From NCBI GenBank assembly GCA_964411255.1, contig CAYPKD010000002.1, positions 34,100 to 98,099 on the forward strand: DNA of 64,000 nt, read 5' to 3'. Below the pieces are notes generated by a model. It saw only the letters and a list, made by a program, of their open reading frames with translations, was not told the DNA's origin and did no database searches. Shown in pieces: positions 35,350 to 45,353 of this stretch (position 1 is its first letter; every line of letters begins with the position of its first letter). Source of the DNA: an uncultured Gammaproteobacteria bacterium (GTDB lineage Bacteria > Patescibacteriota > Patescibacteriia > UBA11705 > DATKZF01). Made by a program: the position numbers and the translations under genes.

Positions 35350-37119
35350 ATGAAATTTATGGATAAAAAGTGGAAAGTGGCACAAAAGGCGCCAAAAGAC
35401 TTCATTGAAGCAAACAAAAATACAAATATATCTGAAATTGCCCTACAGTTATTATACAACAGGGAAATAAAAACTCAAGAGGATATTGAGAATTTTTTAC
35501 GCTGTGATTATGAAAAAGATATTCATGATCCTTTTTTATTTAAGGATATGGATAAGGCGATCAAAATAATTGTTCAGGCAATTTTAAATCAGAGCAAAAT
35601 TGTTGTTCACGGTGATTATGACGCAGATGGCATTACTGCATCAGCAGTGATTTATGAAGTACTAAAGTTATTTGGAGCAAAAGTCGAGGTGTTTTTACCT
35701 CATCGAGAAGAAGACGGATATGGGATGAATCTAAAAACAATTGAAAAGTTTAAAAAAAATAATATTGATTTAATAATTACAGTTGACTGTGGAATTACTA
35801 ATAATGAAGAGGTTGAAAAAGCAAAAGAATATGGAATTAAGGTAATAATCACTGATCACCATGAAGTGCCGCCTGAAGTTCCAAAAGCAGATGCAATTTT
35901 AGATCCAAAAGTAAAAAGCGAAACATATCCTGAAAAATTTTTAGCAGGAGCTGGTATTTCCTATAAATTAGCCTGCGCCTTAATTGATGATCAGATTAAA
36001 AACAATCAGTTTGATATAGATCAGGAAAATCTGGATTATTTTGGAAATTTAGAAGGGCTGAAAAAATGGCTTTTAGATTTAGTTGCCATTGGTACTGTCG
36101 CTGATATCGCACCATTAACTGGTGAAAACAGAACCTTAGTAAAATATGGTTTGGTTGTTTTGCAAAAAACCAGAAGATCGGGGCTAAAAGAATTACTTGA
36201 CCAAACCAGTATTGATTTAACAAAAATTGACACCCAAACCATTGGCTTTATAATTGCTCCCAGGATCAATGCAGCTGGCAGGCTTAAACATGCAAATATT
36301 GCTTTTGATTTATTAACCACCTCAGAAGAGAGTGAGGCTGTTCATTTGGCCAGTATATTAGGCAGCATTAATGGTGAACGCCAGCAAATTACAGAGCACA
36401 TTGTAAGAGAAGCAAGAGTGCAGATTAAGGATCAAAAAGATGCGAAAATATATTTTGCTTATCATCAGGAATGGACTGCTGGAGTGGTTGGATTGGTTGC
36501 TGGTAAATTGTCTGATGAATTAAACATGCCAACAATGGTAATGACCAAGGTTGGGCAAAATATAGTTGGGTCAGGCAGAAGTATTTCACATTTTAATATT
36601 ACAGAAGCTTTGTTTGAGGTCGAAAAGTACTTGAGCCGTTTTGGCGGCCATGCCCAGGCCTGTGGTTTTACTATTAGTGAGGAAAAGTATTTAAAGGTTT
36701 TTCAAAATACATTAAACGAGCATGCATTAAAAAAATTAGAAGGTCTGGATATTAGTCCAGTGGTTAATGTTGATGCCGAAATCGATTCTGATGTGTTAAA
36801 TGAAAAATTATGCAAGGAAATTGAATTACTTGAGCCGTTTGGTGAAGGAAATCCAAGGCCGAGATTTTTAGTTAAGGATTTTGAAATAGTAAATTTTGAT
36901 ACTGTGGGCAAGAGCCAAACCCATCTTCGCCTTATGGTACGCGGACAAAGCCCGAATTTAATAAAAATGATCGGCTTTGGCATTGCCTCAAAATTTGTTG
37001 ATAAAATACAGATTGGAAGCAGAATTGATGCTATAGTAGAGGTAAGCGATTCCCGATGGAATGGAAAGTTTGACTTGCAGGTGAAGATTGTGGATATGAA
37101 GGTAAACGGTAAAGAGTAA
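35350..37119 (+). CDS. recJ: single-stranded-DNA-specific exonuclease RecJ
   Basis: VHGDYDADGITA DHH motif, DHHA1 region, ITDHH. Confidence 0.88.
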   Translation: MKFMDKKWKVAQKAPKDFIEANKNTNISEIALQLLYNREIKTQEDIENFLRCDYEKDIHDPFLFKDMDKAIKIIVQAILNQSKIVVHGDYDADGITASAVIYEVLKLFGAKVEVFLPHREEDGYGMNLKTIEKFKKNNIDLIITVDCGITNNEEVEKAKEYGIKVIITDHHEVPPEVPKADAILDPKVKSETYPEKFLAGAGISYKLACALIDDQIKNNQFDIDQENLDYFGNLEGLKKWLLDLVAIGTVADIAPLTGENRTLVKYGLVVLQKTRRSGLKELLDQTSIDLTKIDTQTIGFIIAPRINAAGRLKHANIAFDLLTTSEESEAVHLASILGSINGERQQITEHIVREARVQIKDQKDAKIYFAYHQEWTAGVVGLVAGKLSDELNMPTMVMTKVGQNIVGSGRSISHFNITEALFEVEKYLSRFGGHAQACGFTISEEKYLKVFQNTLNEHALKKLEGLDISPVVNVDAEIDSDVLNEKLCKEIELLEPFGEGNPRPRFLVKDFEIVNFDTVGKSQTHLRLMVRGQSPNLIKMIGFGIASKFVDKIQIGSRIDAIVEVSDSRWNGKFDLQVKIVDMKVNGKE

Positions 37120-37183
37120 AGGGTAATGGGTAATGGGTAATGGGTAATGAGTAAAGGGTAATGGGTAATGAGTAAAGAGTAAA
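37107..37183. repeat. tandem heptanucleotide repeat (G[GA]GTAA[TA])x~10 spanning recJ stop codon
   Basis: ggtaaagagtaaagggtaatgggtaatgggtaatgagtaaagggtaatgggtaatgagtaaagagtaaa. Confidence 0.75.
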
Positions 37184-37197
37184 TAAAAATTAGATTT

Positions 37198-37569
37198 ATG
37201 AAGAAAGATATAAATAATTTTGATGATTTAGAGGCTTGGCAAAAAGCACACGAATTAGCTTTGGATATTTATAATATAACATCAGGTTTTCCAAAAGAAG
37301 AGCTTTTTGGATTAACGAGACAATTAAGAAGAGCTGCCAGTTCTGTGTCAGCAAACATTGCGGAGGGTTTTGCTCGTTTCCATTATAAAGATAAGGCAAG
37401 ATTTTATTATCAAGCCAGAGGATCAAATGCAGAAGTACAAAGCTTTTTATTATTGTCCAGAGATTTACATTTTATTACGTCTGAAGAATGTTCTGGATTA
37501 TTTGGAAAGGCTAATGAGACCAGAAAGTTAATAAATGGTTTGATAAAATCTATCAATCGCCAGTTATAA
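37198..37569 (+). CDS. four-helix-bundle protein (23S rRNA IVS protein family), copy 2
   Basis: LEAWQKAHELALDIY...RRAASSVSANIAEGFARFHYKDKARFYYQARGSNAEVQS. Confidence 0.85.
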   Translation: MKKDINNFDDLEAWQKAHELALDIYNITSGFPKEELFGLTRQLRRAASSVSANIAEGFARFHYKDKARFYYQARGSNAEVQSFLLLSRDLHFITSEECSGLFGKANETRKLINGLIKSINRQL

Positions 37570-37572
37570 AAA

Positions 37573-37605
37573 ATTACTCATTACCCATTACTTATTACAC
37601 ATTAC
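37573..37605. repeat. right inverted repeat (attactcattacccattac) complementary to heptamer repeats at 37120-37180
   Basis: 18-nt perfect reverse-complement match; orphan copy at 46293-46318. Confidence 0.6.
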
Positions 37606-37615
37606 TAAGAAATAA

Positions 37616-39139
37616 ATGAATAAGTATTTTGCCAATTTTTTCGTTTTCACCACTGGTGCAGTCATCATGGCCATTGAGCTGACTGCTTCCAGGCTTTTAG
37701 CTCCGTATTTTGGGACTTCAATTTTTGTTTGGGGAAATATTATTGGTGTGGTAATGATTGCCTTGGCATTAGGTTATTGGTGGGGAGGAAAATTAGCTGA
37801 TAAAAAGCCAAGGATTCAGGTTTTATCCTCATTAATTTTTATCTGCGCAATTTTTTTAACATTGCTGCCAATATTTTTTAAACCCTTGGTAAAAATGGTT
37901 ATCAGCATTCTTGAATTTCCTTCACTTTTTGTATTCGCATTTATTTGCTTTTGGGTTGTCATTTTTATCCTGGCCTTGCCGCTTATTATTTTGGGAATGA
38001 GCTCGCCGTTTGTAATTAGAATTATGAATAAGGATGTGAAAGATACTGGAAAAGTTGCCGGACAGATTTTTGCCTGGGCTACGATTGGTAGTATATTTGG
38101 CGTATTTTTATCTACATTTATTACAGTGCCTTTTTTAGGCAGCATGGAAACGATTTTAATCAGCGCAGCTGTGTTGATTTTATTGTCTGGCCTGACCTTG
38201 CCTTCAAAGTATAAATTATTATCACTGCTCGTGATTTTACCAGTCATTGTATATATCTTTTTTGCAAATAAACCGCTGACTGATAATGAAAATTTGGTTT
38301 TTGAAAAAGAAACGCCGTATCAGTATGTTCGGGTGGTTGATAAAGAAGGTTGGCGTTATCTTTTATTTAACGAAGGTTCTGGTATTCAGTCATATATTAA
38401 ATTAAACCGGCCCCATTTTTTAACAGACAATAGCTATTATGACTATTTTAATTTTTTACCATATATAAATCATCAAGAAGATTATAAAAAAGATTTTTTA
38501 ATAATTGGCGGAGGTGGCGGCACTGCTGCTAAACAGCTAGTTAGTTTTTGGCAGCCAAAGATAAATATCGATTTTGTAGAGATTGATAAAACAGTAATTG
38601 AAGCAGCCCAGCAATATTTTGACATGAATGAAAAAGAAATAAATGTTATAAATCAGGATGGCAGGTTTTTTTTAGAAAAGACAGAGAAAAAATATGATTA
38701 TTTAATTGTAGATGCGTATTCTAATCAGCTTTTTATTCCATTTCATGTAACTACAGATGAGTTTTTTCATTTGACAAAAAGCAAGCTGAATCAAAGGGGC
38801 GTTTTATCAATAAATATAAACGCAGATGGGCACCAGTCAGAATTGCTGCAAAAGATGGAGCAGACAGTAAAGAAAAATTTTAAAAATGTTTATGTCTTGC
38901 CAATGGATAATAGTTATAACTTTTTGGTCTTTGCTTCAGATGTGGATTTGGATTTTGAATTTGAGTTAGATGAGATTGATAAGGACTTGCATGCTTATGC
39001 TAAAAATTTTGCTAATATAGAAGAGATCAGTCATTGGCAAAAAGATATGATTTTGACAGATAACCGGGCACCAATAGAATTTTTGACTGATAAAATGATT
39101 TTGAAAATATTTTTTAATTATATAATGGGTGAGTCATAG
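37616..39139 (+). CDS. membrane-domain-fused spermidine synthase-like aminopropyltransferase
   Basis: N-terminal 6-7 TM helices; FLIIGGGGGTAAKQL, DFVEID, IVDAYS SpeE-like motifs. Confidence 0.65.
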   Translation: MNKYFANFFVFTTGAVIMAIELTASRLLAPYFGTSIFVWGNIIGVVMIALALGYWWGGKLADKKPRIQVLSSLIFICAIFLTLLPIFFKPLVKMVISILEFPSLFVFAFICFWVVIFILALPLIILGMSSPFVIRIMNKDVKDTGKVAGQIFAWATIGSIFGVFLSTFITVPFLGSMETILISAAVLILLSGLTLPSKYKLLSLLVILPVIVYIFFANKPLTDNENLVFEKETPYQYVRVVDKEGWRYLLFNEGSGIQSYIKLNRPHFLTDNSYYDYFNFLPYINHQEDYKKDFLIIGGGGGTAAKQLVSFWQPKINIDFVEIDKTVIEAAQQYFDMNEKEINVINQDGRFFLEKTEKKYDYLIVDAYSNQLFIPFHVTTDEFFHLTKSKLNQRGVLSININADGHQSELLQKMEQTVKKNFKNVYVLPMDNSYNFLVFASDVDLDFEFELDEIDKDLHAYAKNFANIEEISHWQKDMILTDNRAPIEFLTDKMILKIFFNYIMGES

Positions 39140-39206
39140 TTGTATAGTTATATAGTTGTATGGTTTGTGATTAAATATAGAAAAATTAAAGCATTAATAT
39201 TTAAAT

Positions 39207-39608
39207 ATGAAAATTGAAAAGTTAGAAGACTTAGAAGCCTGGCAAGAGGCAAGAAAGCTCTGTGACATGGTTTATAAATTAACCTTAAATTTTCCAAAAT
39301 CGGAGGAATATAACATAAAAAAACATACAAGAGAAAGTGCGCGTGGAATCGCAGCAAATATTGCAGAGGGATTTGGAAGGCATTTTTTGAAAGAAAATTT
39401 AAGATTTTATGGAATTGCACAAGGTTGTTTAAATGAAGTTAAAAGCGATTTTTATCTTAGTTTTGATGCAGGGTATATAAATGACGATGAATTAAATGCA
39501 GTTATTAAACAAACTGAAATAACAAGGGCAAAATTGAATGGTCTTGTTAATAATGTAAGAACTTTAATGAAAAAAATAGAATTTTCAGAAGAAGTTGATT
39601 TTGAATAA
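39207..39608 (+). CDS. four-helix-bundle protein (23S rRNA IVS protein family), copy 3
   Basis: ~70 percent identical to 8338 copy. Confidence 0.85.
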   Translation: MKIEKLEDLEAWQEARKLCDMVYKLTLNFPKSEEYNIKKHTRESARGIAANIAEGFGRHFLKENLRFYGIAQGCLNEVKSDFYLSFDAGYINDDELNAVIKQTEITRAKLNGLVNNVRTLMKKIEFSEEVDFE

Positions 39609-39636
39609 TAAGTATAAACAATAGAACTATAACCAT

Positions 39637-40038
39637 ATGAAAGTAAATATCTATTCAGACGGCGGTTCCAGGGGAAATCCTGGACCAGCAGCAATCGGAG
39701 TTTATATTGAAGATAAAGCTGGTAAAAAAATTAAAAGCATAAGCCGCTACATCGGAGAAACCACAAACAATCAGGCTGAATATCAGGCAGTACTGGCTGG
39801 TTTAGCTTATGTAAAAGATCTAAAGCCAGAAGAGGTCACTTGTTATTTGGACAGCGAACTGGTGGTCAAGCAAATGAATGGGGAGTATAAGGTGAAAGAT
39901 CCTGATTTGGCTGAGCAGTTTATAAAGGTGTGGAATCTGCAGCATGAATTTGCCAAAATTGAATTTAAGCATATTCGAAGGGAGAAGAATAAAAAGGCTG
40001 ACATGCTGGTCAACTTAGCTTTAGATAGAAGGAAGTAA
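39637..40038 (+). CDS. rnhA: ribonuclease HI
   Basis: YSDGGSRGNPGPAAIG, TNNQAEYQA, D..S motifs. Confidence 0.85.
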   Translation: MKVNIYSDGGSRGNPGPAAIGVYIEDKAGKKIKSISRYIGETTNNQAEYQAVLAGLAYVKDLKPEEVTCYLDSELVVKQMNGEYKVKDPDLAEQFIKVWNLQHEFAKIEFKHIRREKNKKADMLVNLALDRRK

Positions 40039-40041
40039 TAT

Positions 40042-40557
40042 ATGGAATTATCAGAAGCAATAAAAAATCGAAGAAGTATACGCAAATGGAAAGACAAAGA
40101 CATTCCAAAGCAAATGATTGAAAAATTGATTGAAGCGATTATTTGGGCGCCAAGCGCGGGTAATTTGCAGGCGCGTAAGTTTTATTTTGTTTATAAAGAT
40201 GAAATAAGAATTAAACTGGCAGAATTCGCCAGACAGTCTTTCTTGCAGGAGGCGCCATTGGTTGTAGTCGCCTGCGCAGACAGAGAAAAAAGCGCCTGGA
40301 AATACGGGGAACGCGGAAGAGATTTGTACTGTGTTATTGACGCCAGTTTAAGCATTCAAAATTTGATGCTTCAGGCGCATGATTTAGGATTAAGCTCAGT
40401 ACCAGTGGGAGCATTTAATGAACTGGAAGTTAGCGAGTTGCTGAAAATGTCTGATAATTTATATCCATTTTTATTTATCCCAATTGGTTTTCCTGCTGAA
40501 TCGCCAGAAGCGCCAATGAGAGTGAGTTACACTGAAGCAGTAGAGGAACTACGCTAA
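40042..40557 (+). CDS. nitroreductase family protein
   Basis: RRSIRKW, WAPSAGNLQ motifs. Confidence 0.75.
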   Translation: MELSEAIKNRRSIRKWKDKDIPKQMIEKLIEAIIWAPSAGNLQARKFYFVYKDEIRIKLAEFARQSFLQEAPLVVVACADREKSAWKYGERGRDLYCVIDASLSIQNLMLQAHDLGLSSVPVGAFNELEVSELLKMSDNLYPFLFIPIGFPAESPEAPMRVSYTEAVEELR

Positions 40558-40639
40558 GAAGTGCGTACTTTGGGGCTTTGTAAAATTTTGTGGTATAATA
40601 TCAATAACAATCAGCAATTAAAAAATAACTATCAATACG

Positions 40640-41728
40640 ATGGCAATTTTTGGCAATAAAAAAGCACAATCATTTTTAGGAATTGATATTGGCGGCTCCA
40701 GTATTAAAATTGTTGAATTAGAAAATCAAAACGACCGGGCTAAATTGAAAAATTACGGATATTTGGAGAGATCAACACAGGCGAAAAAGGAAAGTTATAT
40801 TGATCAGCCAGATGAAGCAGCAAATATTATAAAAAAGATTATTCAAACCGCTGGCATTACTTCCACTCAGGCATACACGGCATTGCCTGCGCCTTTGGTT
40901 TTTAGCTCAATTTTAAATATCCCCAATGTTACATCAAAAGAATTGTCTTCAAAAGACAAAATAACTGCTCATGTTGAAAAAGAAGCAGAAAAGGTGATGC
41001 CCATGCCGCTGGCAGAAATGGTTTTAGATTGGAAAATTATTGGTAATGTTGAAGAATTAAAAAAGAAAAAAGATGAAAAGATAAATTTGAAGGTAATAAT
41101 GACAGCAGCAGCAAAAACTTTAATTCAAAAGTATGTTGAAATTTTTAAAAAAGCTGGGTTGGAGTTAATAAGTTTAGAAACAGAAAGTTTTGCTATGATT
41201 CGGGCTTTAATAGGAAAAGATCTTTCAACGATTACTGTTGTTGACGTCGGAGCAGTCAGTACAGATATCACCATAGTAGATATGGGAGTGCCTCATTTTG
41301 ACAGAAGTGTAAATATTGGCGGACTTGATATTACAAAAGAAATCGCAAAGGTTCTTAATATCAAAGTATCCCAGGCAGAGCAATTTAAACGTGACTTGGT
41401 AGCTAAACCAGAACTTCAAAAGGAAACGCCAATTAATTTGAAAAAAATGTTTGATCCAATATTAAACGAAGTTCGTTATGTGATTAATTTTTTCTTAAAG
41501 CAGCCGGAAAATAAAGGTAAAATAGTTGAGAAAATTATTTTAACCGGCGGCAGCGCTTATATTCCTGGAATAAATAATTATTTTACTGAGAGTTTGAATA
41601 TAAAAACTTTTATTGGCAATCCATGGGCCAGAGTTATTTATCCAGAAGAGATTAAAGATGTTTTGTTCAAAATCGGCCCACGATTTTCAATCGCTATAGG
41701 CTTGGCAATGCTCGGAGTTGAAAAATAA
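40640..41728 (+). CDS. pilM: type IV pilus assembly ATPase-fold protein PilM
   Basis: LGIDIGGSSIKIVEL actin-like N-term, overall PilM length/pattern. Confidence 0.75.
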   Translation: MAIFGNKKAQSFLGIDIGGSSIKIVELENQNDRAKLKNYGYLERSTQAKKESYIDQPDEAANIIKKIIQTAGITSTQAYTALPAPLVFSSILNIPNVTSKELSSKDKITAHVEKEAEKVMPMPLAEMVLDWKIIGNVEELKKKKDEKINLKVIMTAAAKTLIQKYVEIFKKAGLELISLETESFAMIRALIGKDLSTITVVDVGAVSTDITIVDMGVPHFDRSVNIGGLDITKEIAKVLNIKVSQAEQFKRDLVAKPELQKETPINLKKMFDPILNEVRYVINFFLKQPENKGKIVEKIILTGGSAYIPGINNYFTESLNIKTFIGNPWARVIYPEEIKDVLFKIGPRFSIAIGLAMLGVEK

Positions 41729-41820
41729 TGTGAGAAGGCTTCCAATTTCAAATTTTTAATTTCGTAACGTCATAACTTCTCTAGCCTTTCTAACTTTTTA
41801 ACTTTTAACTTTAAAAAAAT

Positions 41821-42267
41821 ATGCCTGAATCAAAAGGTTTAACATTAATTGAAATAATAATTGCAGTTGCCGTGATTGGAATTTTAGCTACGCTGGCAGC
41901 AGTGGGCGTGAATAATTCTCAAAAAAAGACAAGAGACAACAGACGAATAGAGGATATGGTAATGATTAGAAGCGCTATGCAGCTTATTTTTAATCAAACA
42001 GGAACTTTTAATGACAATACCTGCACAGAAGGTGCTAGGGTTTCAGAATGCCGTGGAGAAGAAATTCTAAATTTAATAAATAATATTCAGGATTTGAAAG
42101 ATCCAAACTCAAAGGGCTTCTCCTGTGTTCAGGAGTTTAGCAAGGGGTGCGATTATTCATTTAAAACTTTAACAGCAGAAAATTACAGCATTTTATTTTA
42201 TTTAGAAACCGGAACTCAAGGTTATGAAAAAGGCCCGCATGTTTTGACAGAGCAGGGGATACAGTGA
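41821..42267 (+). CDS. prepilin-type (type IV pilin-like) protein
   Basis: KGLTLIEIIIAVAVIGILA N-terminal cleavage/methylation motif. Confidence 0.7.
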   Translation: MPESKGLTLIEIIIAVAVIGILATLAAVGVNNSQKKTRDNRRIEDMVMIRSAMQLIFNQTGTFNDNTCTEGARVSECRGEEILNLINNIQDLKDPNSKGFSCVQEFSKGCDYSFKTLTAENYSILFYLETGTQGYEKGPHVLTEQGIQ

Positions 42268-42436
42268 TCAGAAATTAGAAACTTAAAATTGCCGCTGCCC
42301 TGCTTGTCATCTCGAGCCCTTCGACTTCGCTCAGGACAGGCTCCGTCGAGAGATCTCTCAGATTAGTTTTGTATGATCTACAGCAGCGGTCCAAGTTTAA
42401 GGTTGAATCTAAATTCCCAATTATTAAAATAAAAAA

Positions 42437-42456
42437 CCGGCTAATTTAATAGTCGG
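42437..42456 (-). terminator. terminator hairpin ccggctaatttaatagtcgg (copy 1)
   Basis: Second copy at 43429-43452. Confidence 0.55.
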
Positions 42457-43353
42457 TTATTTGTTTCCTGCAAGATTATGCTCCTTAATTATTTTTATCG
42501 CATTATTAAAATCATATTTTTGAAATTGGCCAAGTTTTTCCAACGGCATGTTCATCAGCCAGTGAGCAGCAGTTTTTATTTTTTGTAATAAAAACGGTTC
42601 AACTATTCTTCCTAAATAAATGTATTTGTCAAAAATAAAGATAAATGCTGTTTGAACTCTAATTCCTTTTCGATATTTTCCATTACTTTGATCTTTACTC
42701 TTTAATGCTTTTTCAGCCTGATATAATGAGGCAATTGCAGAATTGAATTTTTTTAATTCAATATAGCAAAAAGCTATAACAAGCAGTTTATTAATTTCCA
42801 ATTCTGGATTTGTGATTTCATCAAGAATTTTCATTGCCTGGCGATATTTTCGTTGTTTTCGTAAAATATCAGCAAGCATTAACTTATTTTCATCAATATA
42901 TTTAGGAGATGAGCAAGCAATCGCTTCATGTATCATTATTTGTGCTGCTTCTAGTTTTCCTTGTGTTATCAGAATGCGCGCGAATAGTGAAAGCCCCCTT
43001 GAATCCATCCCAAATCTCAGGCGCATTTTTGCATATTCAATAGCTTCGTCCAGCTGGCCCCGAAGATATTTTATAATCGCCAGCTGCTCAAAACTGATGG
43101 GGCAATAAATAGTATTTGCATTTTTATATGCTTCTGCTAATGCCTGGTCGAGCAGTTGCAGTCTTACCAGACATTTAATTTTTATCACCCGAATATCAAA
43201 AGTTATCGGGCAAATTTGTTCAGCTTGTTCAATTAACTCCAATGTTTGTCTCGGATCTTTTAGATATTGCTTTTTAACAATTTTTTCAAGCGTTTTTAAG
43301 TCTTGGTAATTATCTCTGAGAAAATTTCCGATTGGCCTTTTTTGCGCCACCAT
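42457..43353 (-). CDS. TPR-repeat protein
   Basis: Repeated AxxYxxAxxL 34-aa helical units; start at ATG 43353 after gggaggag RBS. Confidence 0.65.
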   Translation of the reverse strand: MVAQKRPIGNFLRDNYQDLKTLEKIVKKQYLKDPRQTLELIEQAEQICPITFDIRVIKIKCLVRLQLLDQALAEAYKNANTIYCPISFEQLAIIKYLRGQLDEAIEYAKMRLRFGMDSRGLSLFARILITQGKLEAAQIMIHEAIACSSPKYIDENKLMLADILRKQRKYRQAMKILDEITNPELEINKLLVIAFCYIELKKFNSAIASLYQAEKALKSKDQSNGKYRKGIRVQTAFIFIFDKYIYLGRIVEPFLLQKIKTAAHWLMNMPLEKLGQFQKYDFNNAIKIIKEHNLAGNK

Positions 43354-43428
43354 TATCTCCTCCCGGTTATAAAAGATCAAATCAAGAAAGATTAACATTT
43401 TAGCTTAATTATGTCAAATAAATAAGAA

Positions 43429-43452
43429 AACCGACTAATTTGATAGTCGGTT
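43429..43452 (-). terminator. terminator hairpin ccgactaatttgatagtcgg (copy 2)
   Basis: Immediately after stop of 43453..45219. Confidence 0.55.
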
Positions 43453-45219
43453 TTATGGGTTTAGATTTATTGCAGCAAGCAATGATATTGCTGCTTTTGC
43501 GTTTTCATAGGTCTGGCGTATTGACGGTTTTACATGCTCATCTGTAAATGTGTAAATTAGATTCACTGCCTGCTCAAACTTTTCAAAGAGCCCTGGAAAC
43601 TGTTCTGCGTCATTAATAATAGATCCTGCATAAGTAAAGATAAATCCACACGTTGTTTTAATGAAATGTACTGAATATTCAGTGAAATCCATCATTCTTT
43701 GCGCTTTATCAAAATCCATAAACGCTTCTTTGTATCTTTTAAGCCTTAAATTGCAAAAGGCGCGAAGTAAGTATATGTCAAGCGTTCTTTTGTTAACATC
43801 CTGTAAAATTTTGAAAGTTTCTACGTATTTGCCACTGGTAAATAGGATATCAGCCAAAAGCAGCTTATTTTTGTCACTTAGTTTTCTTTTTTTGCCTTTT
43901 GGAGTAAAGCGCATTTTTTTTGCAGTTTGTTCTGCTTTATCTAATTCTCCTCTTGCTTTGTAAACAATTGCAAGATGTGAGAGAGCAGTGGCGATTGGTT
44001 CTATCTCAACATATTTTTTTGCCATTTCCAGAGCTTCATCCAGGCGATTCATATTAATACAGATTGTTGCTATTAATCCGTAGTTTGCTCCAATAGGATC
44101 TAATTCTAAGATTGTTTGAGCTGTTTCATATGCTTTTTGAAGCTGCCCAGCATTCTTGTATGCTATTGCTAATAAGCTTTGTGTTCTATTATTTGGATGT
44201 AAATCATGATTGAGTTTTGCTATTTCTAAAGCCTGATCAAACATTTCTAATTTAAGTAAGCAACGAGTCTTTAATCCTAAAAGTCTTGCATTTTGAGGAT
44301 TGTTCTCCTCAGCCTTTAATATACATTCCATAGCCCAGTTAGGATTATTGTCAATGCTGCGCATTGCTTTATCTAACAGCAATTTGACATATTTTTGGTC
44401 ATTATCCTCATGCTGTTGTAGGGCCAAATCTAATTCTTCGATATCTTTTTCCTTAACCATAAGCTGAGGCCTGATGCCTAATTTTTTCATTTTTTCTAAA
44501 GCACTTTCATAATCCTTTTTCTGATATATCCCAAGCCTTGAAGTGTCCAGTTGCGTAAACCAATTGGCAGCAATGCTGGCTTTTTCTCTAATTTTTTTTC
44601 CGGCTTTGCCAAATTGTCTTGATGTTCCGTATAAAAAAATATAACCAGCAAATAATCTGACATGAGGAAATGGATTGTGCAGACTTTGCTCTGGTGCCAG
44701 CTCCTCTGCTTTTTCCAAGGCTTGAAAAGATTGGCCAAATTCAAATAAATGCATGTAACAATATGCTCGACAAAGCTCATTGCCCATTCTATTATTTGCT
44801 ACATCAATTTGATCTAAAATCTCTAAAGCTTCCTGATATAGTTTTCTTTTTCGAAGAATTTCAGCCAGTAATTTTTGATAGTATGGCATGTTTCTTTTTG
44901 TAATTGCCTCCCTGACAAATCTTTCAGCGTTTTCATAATCTTGCTGTGCATAAAGTACTTGAGCTAAAAGCGTGAGATTTGCCGCACTGGCTTGCCTTTT
45001 TACATTTTTTTTGGCCAGCCTTTCAGCTTTATCAAATTCACCTAAATTAACCAGTGCCTGAATTTTCGTTTTAATCAAATGGTTTGGATTACTTGCTGAT
45101 TTATCAATAATTTTAATTGTTTTTCCAGGGTCGCTTTGTAAGTTTTCTCTGGCCTCAAGCTCTGTCATAAGTTCAGCTATATCGCCTTGAGTTGCTTTTT
45201 TGCGGCGTTTTTTACGCAA
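43453..45219 (-). CDS. large TPR-repeat protein
   Basis: ~14 TPR-like units. Confidence 0.7.
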   Translation of the reverse strand: MRKKRRKKATQGDIAELMTELEARENLQSDPGKTIKIIDKSASNPNHLIKTKIQALVNLGEFDKAERLAKKNVKRQASAANLTLLAQVLYAQQDYENAERFVREAITKRNMPYYQKLLAEILRKRKLYQEALEILDQIDVANNRMGNELCRAYCYMHLFEFGQSFQALEKAEELAPEQSLHNPFPHVRLFAGYIFLYGTSRQFGKAGKKIREKASIAANWFTQLDTSRLGIYQKKDYESALEKMKKLGIRPQLMVKEKDIEELDLALQQHEDNDQKYVKLLLDKAMRSIDNNPNWAMECILKAEENNPQNARLLGLKTRCLLKLEMFDQALEIAKLNHDLHPNNRTQSLLAIAYKNAGQLQKAYETAQTILELDPIGANYGLIATICINMNRLDEALEMAKKYVEIEPIATALSHLAIVYKARGELDKAEQTAKKMRFTPKGKKRKLSDKNKLLLADILFTSGKYVETFKILQDVNKRTLDIYLLRAFCNLRLKRYKEAFMDFDKAQRMMDFTEYSVHFIKTTCGFIFTYAGSIINDAEQFPGLFEKFEQAVNLIYTFTDEHVKPSIRQTYENAKAAISLLAAINLNP

Positions 45220-45353
45220 TTTACGCCCTCCTGATCTATGATTTCAATGTTCTGGAATAGTAAATTTTAATACATTTATTAGAATTTGTCAATAATATAT
45301 GGACGATATGCTATTTTTATAGTAAAATTAATAGTGAAATTAAATGAAAAAAT

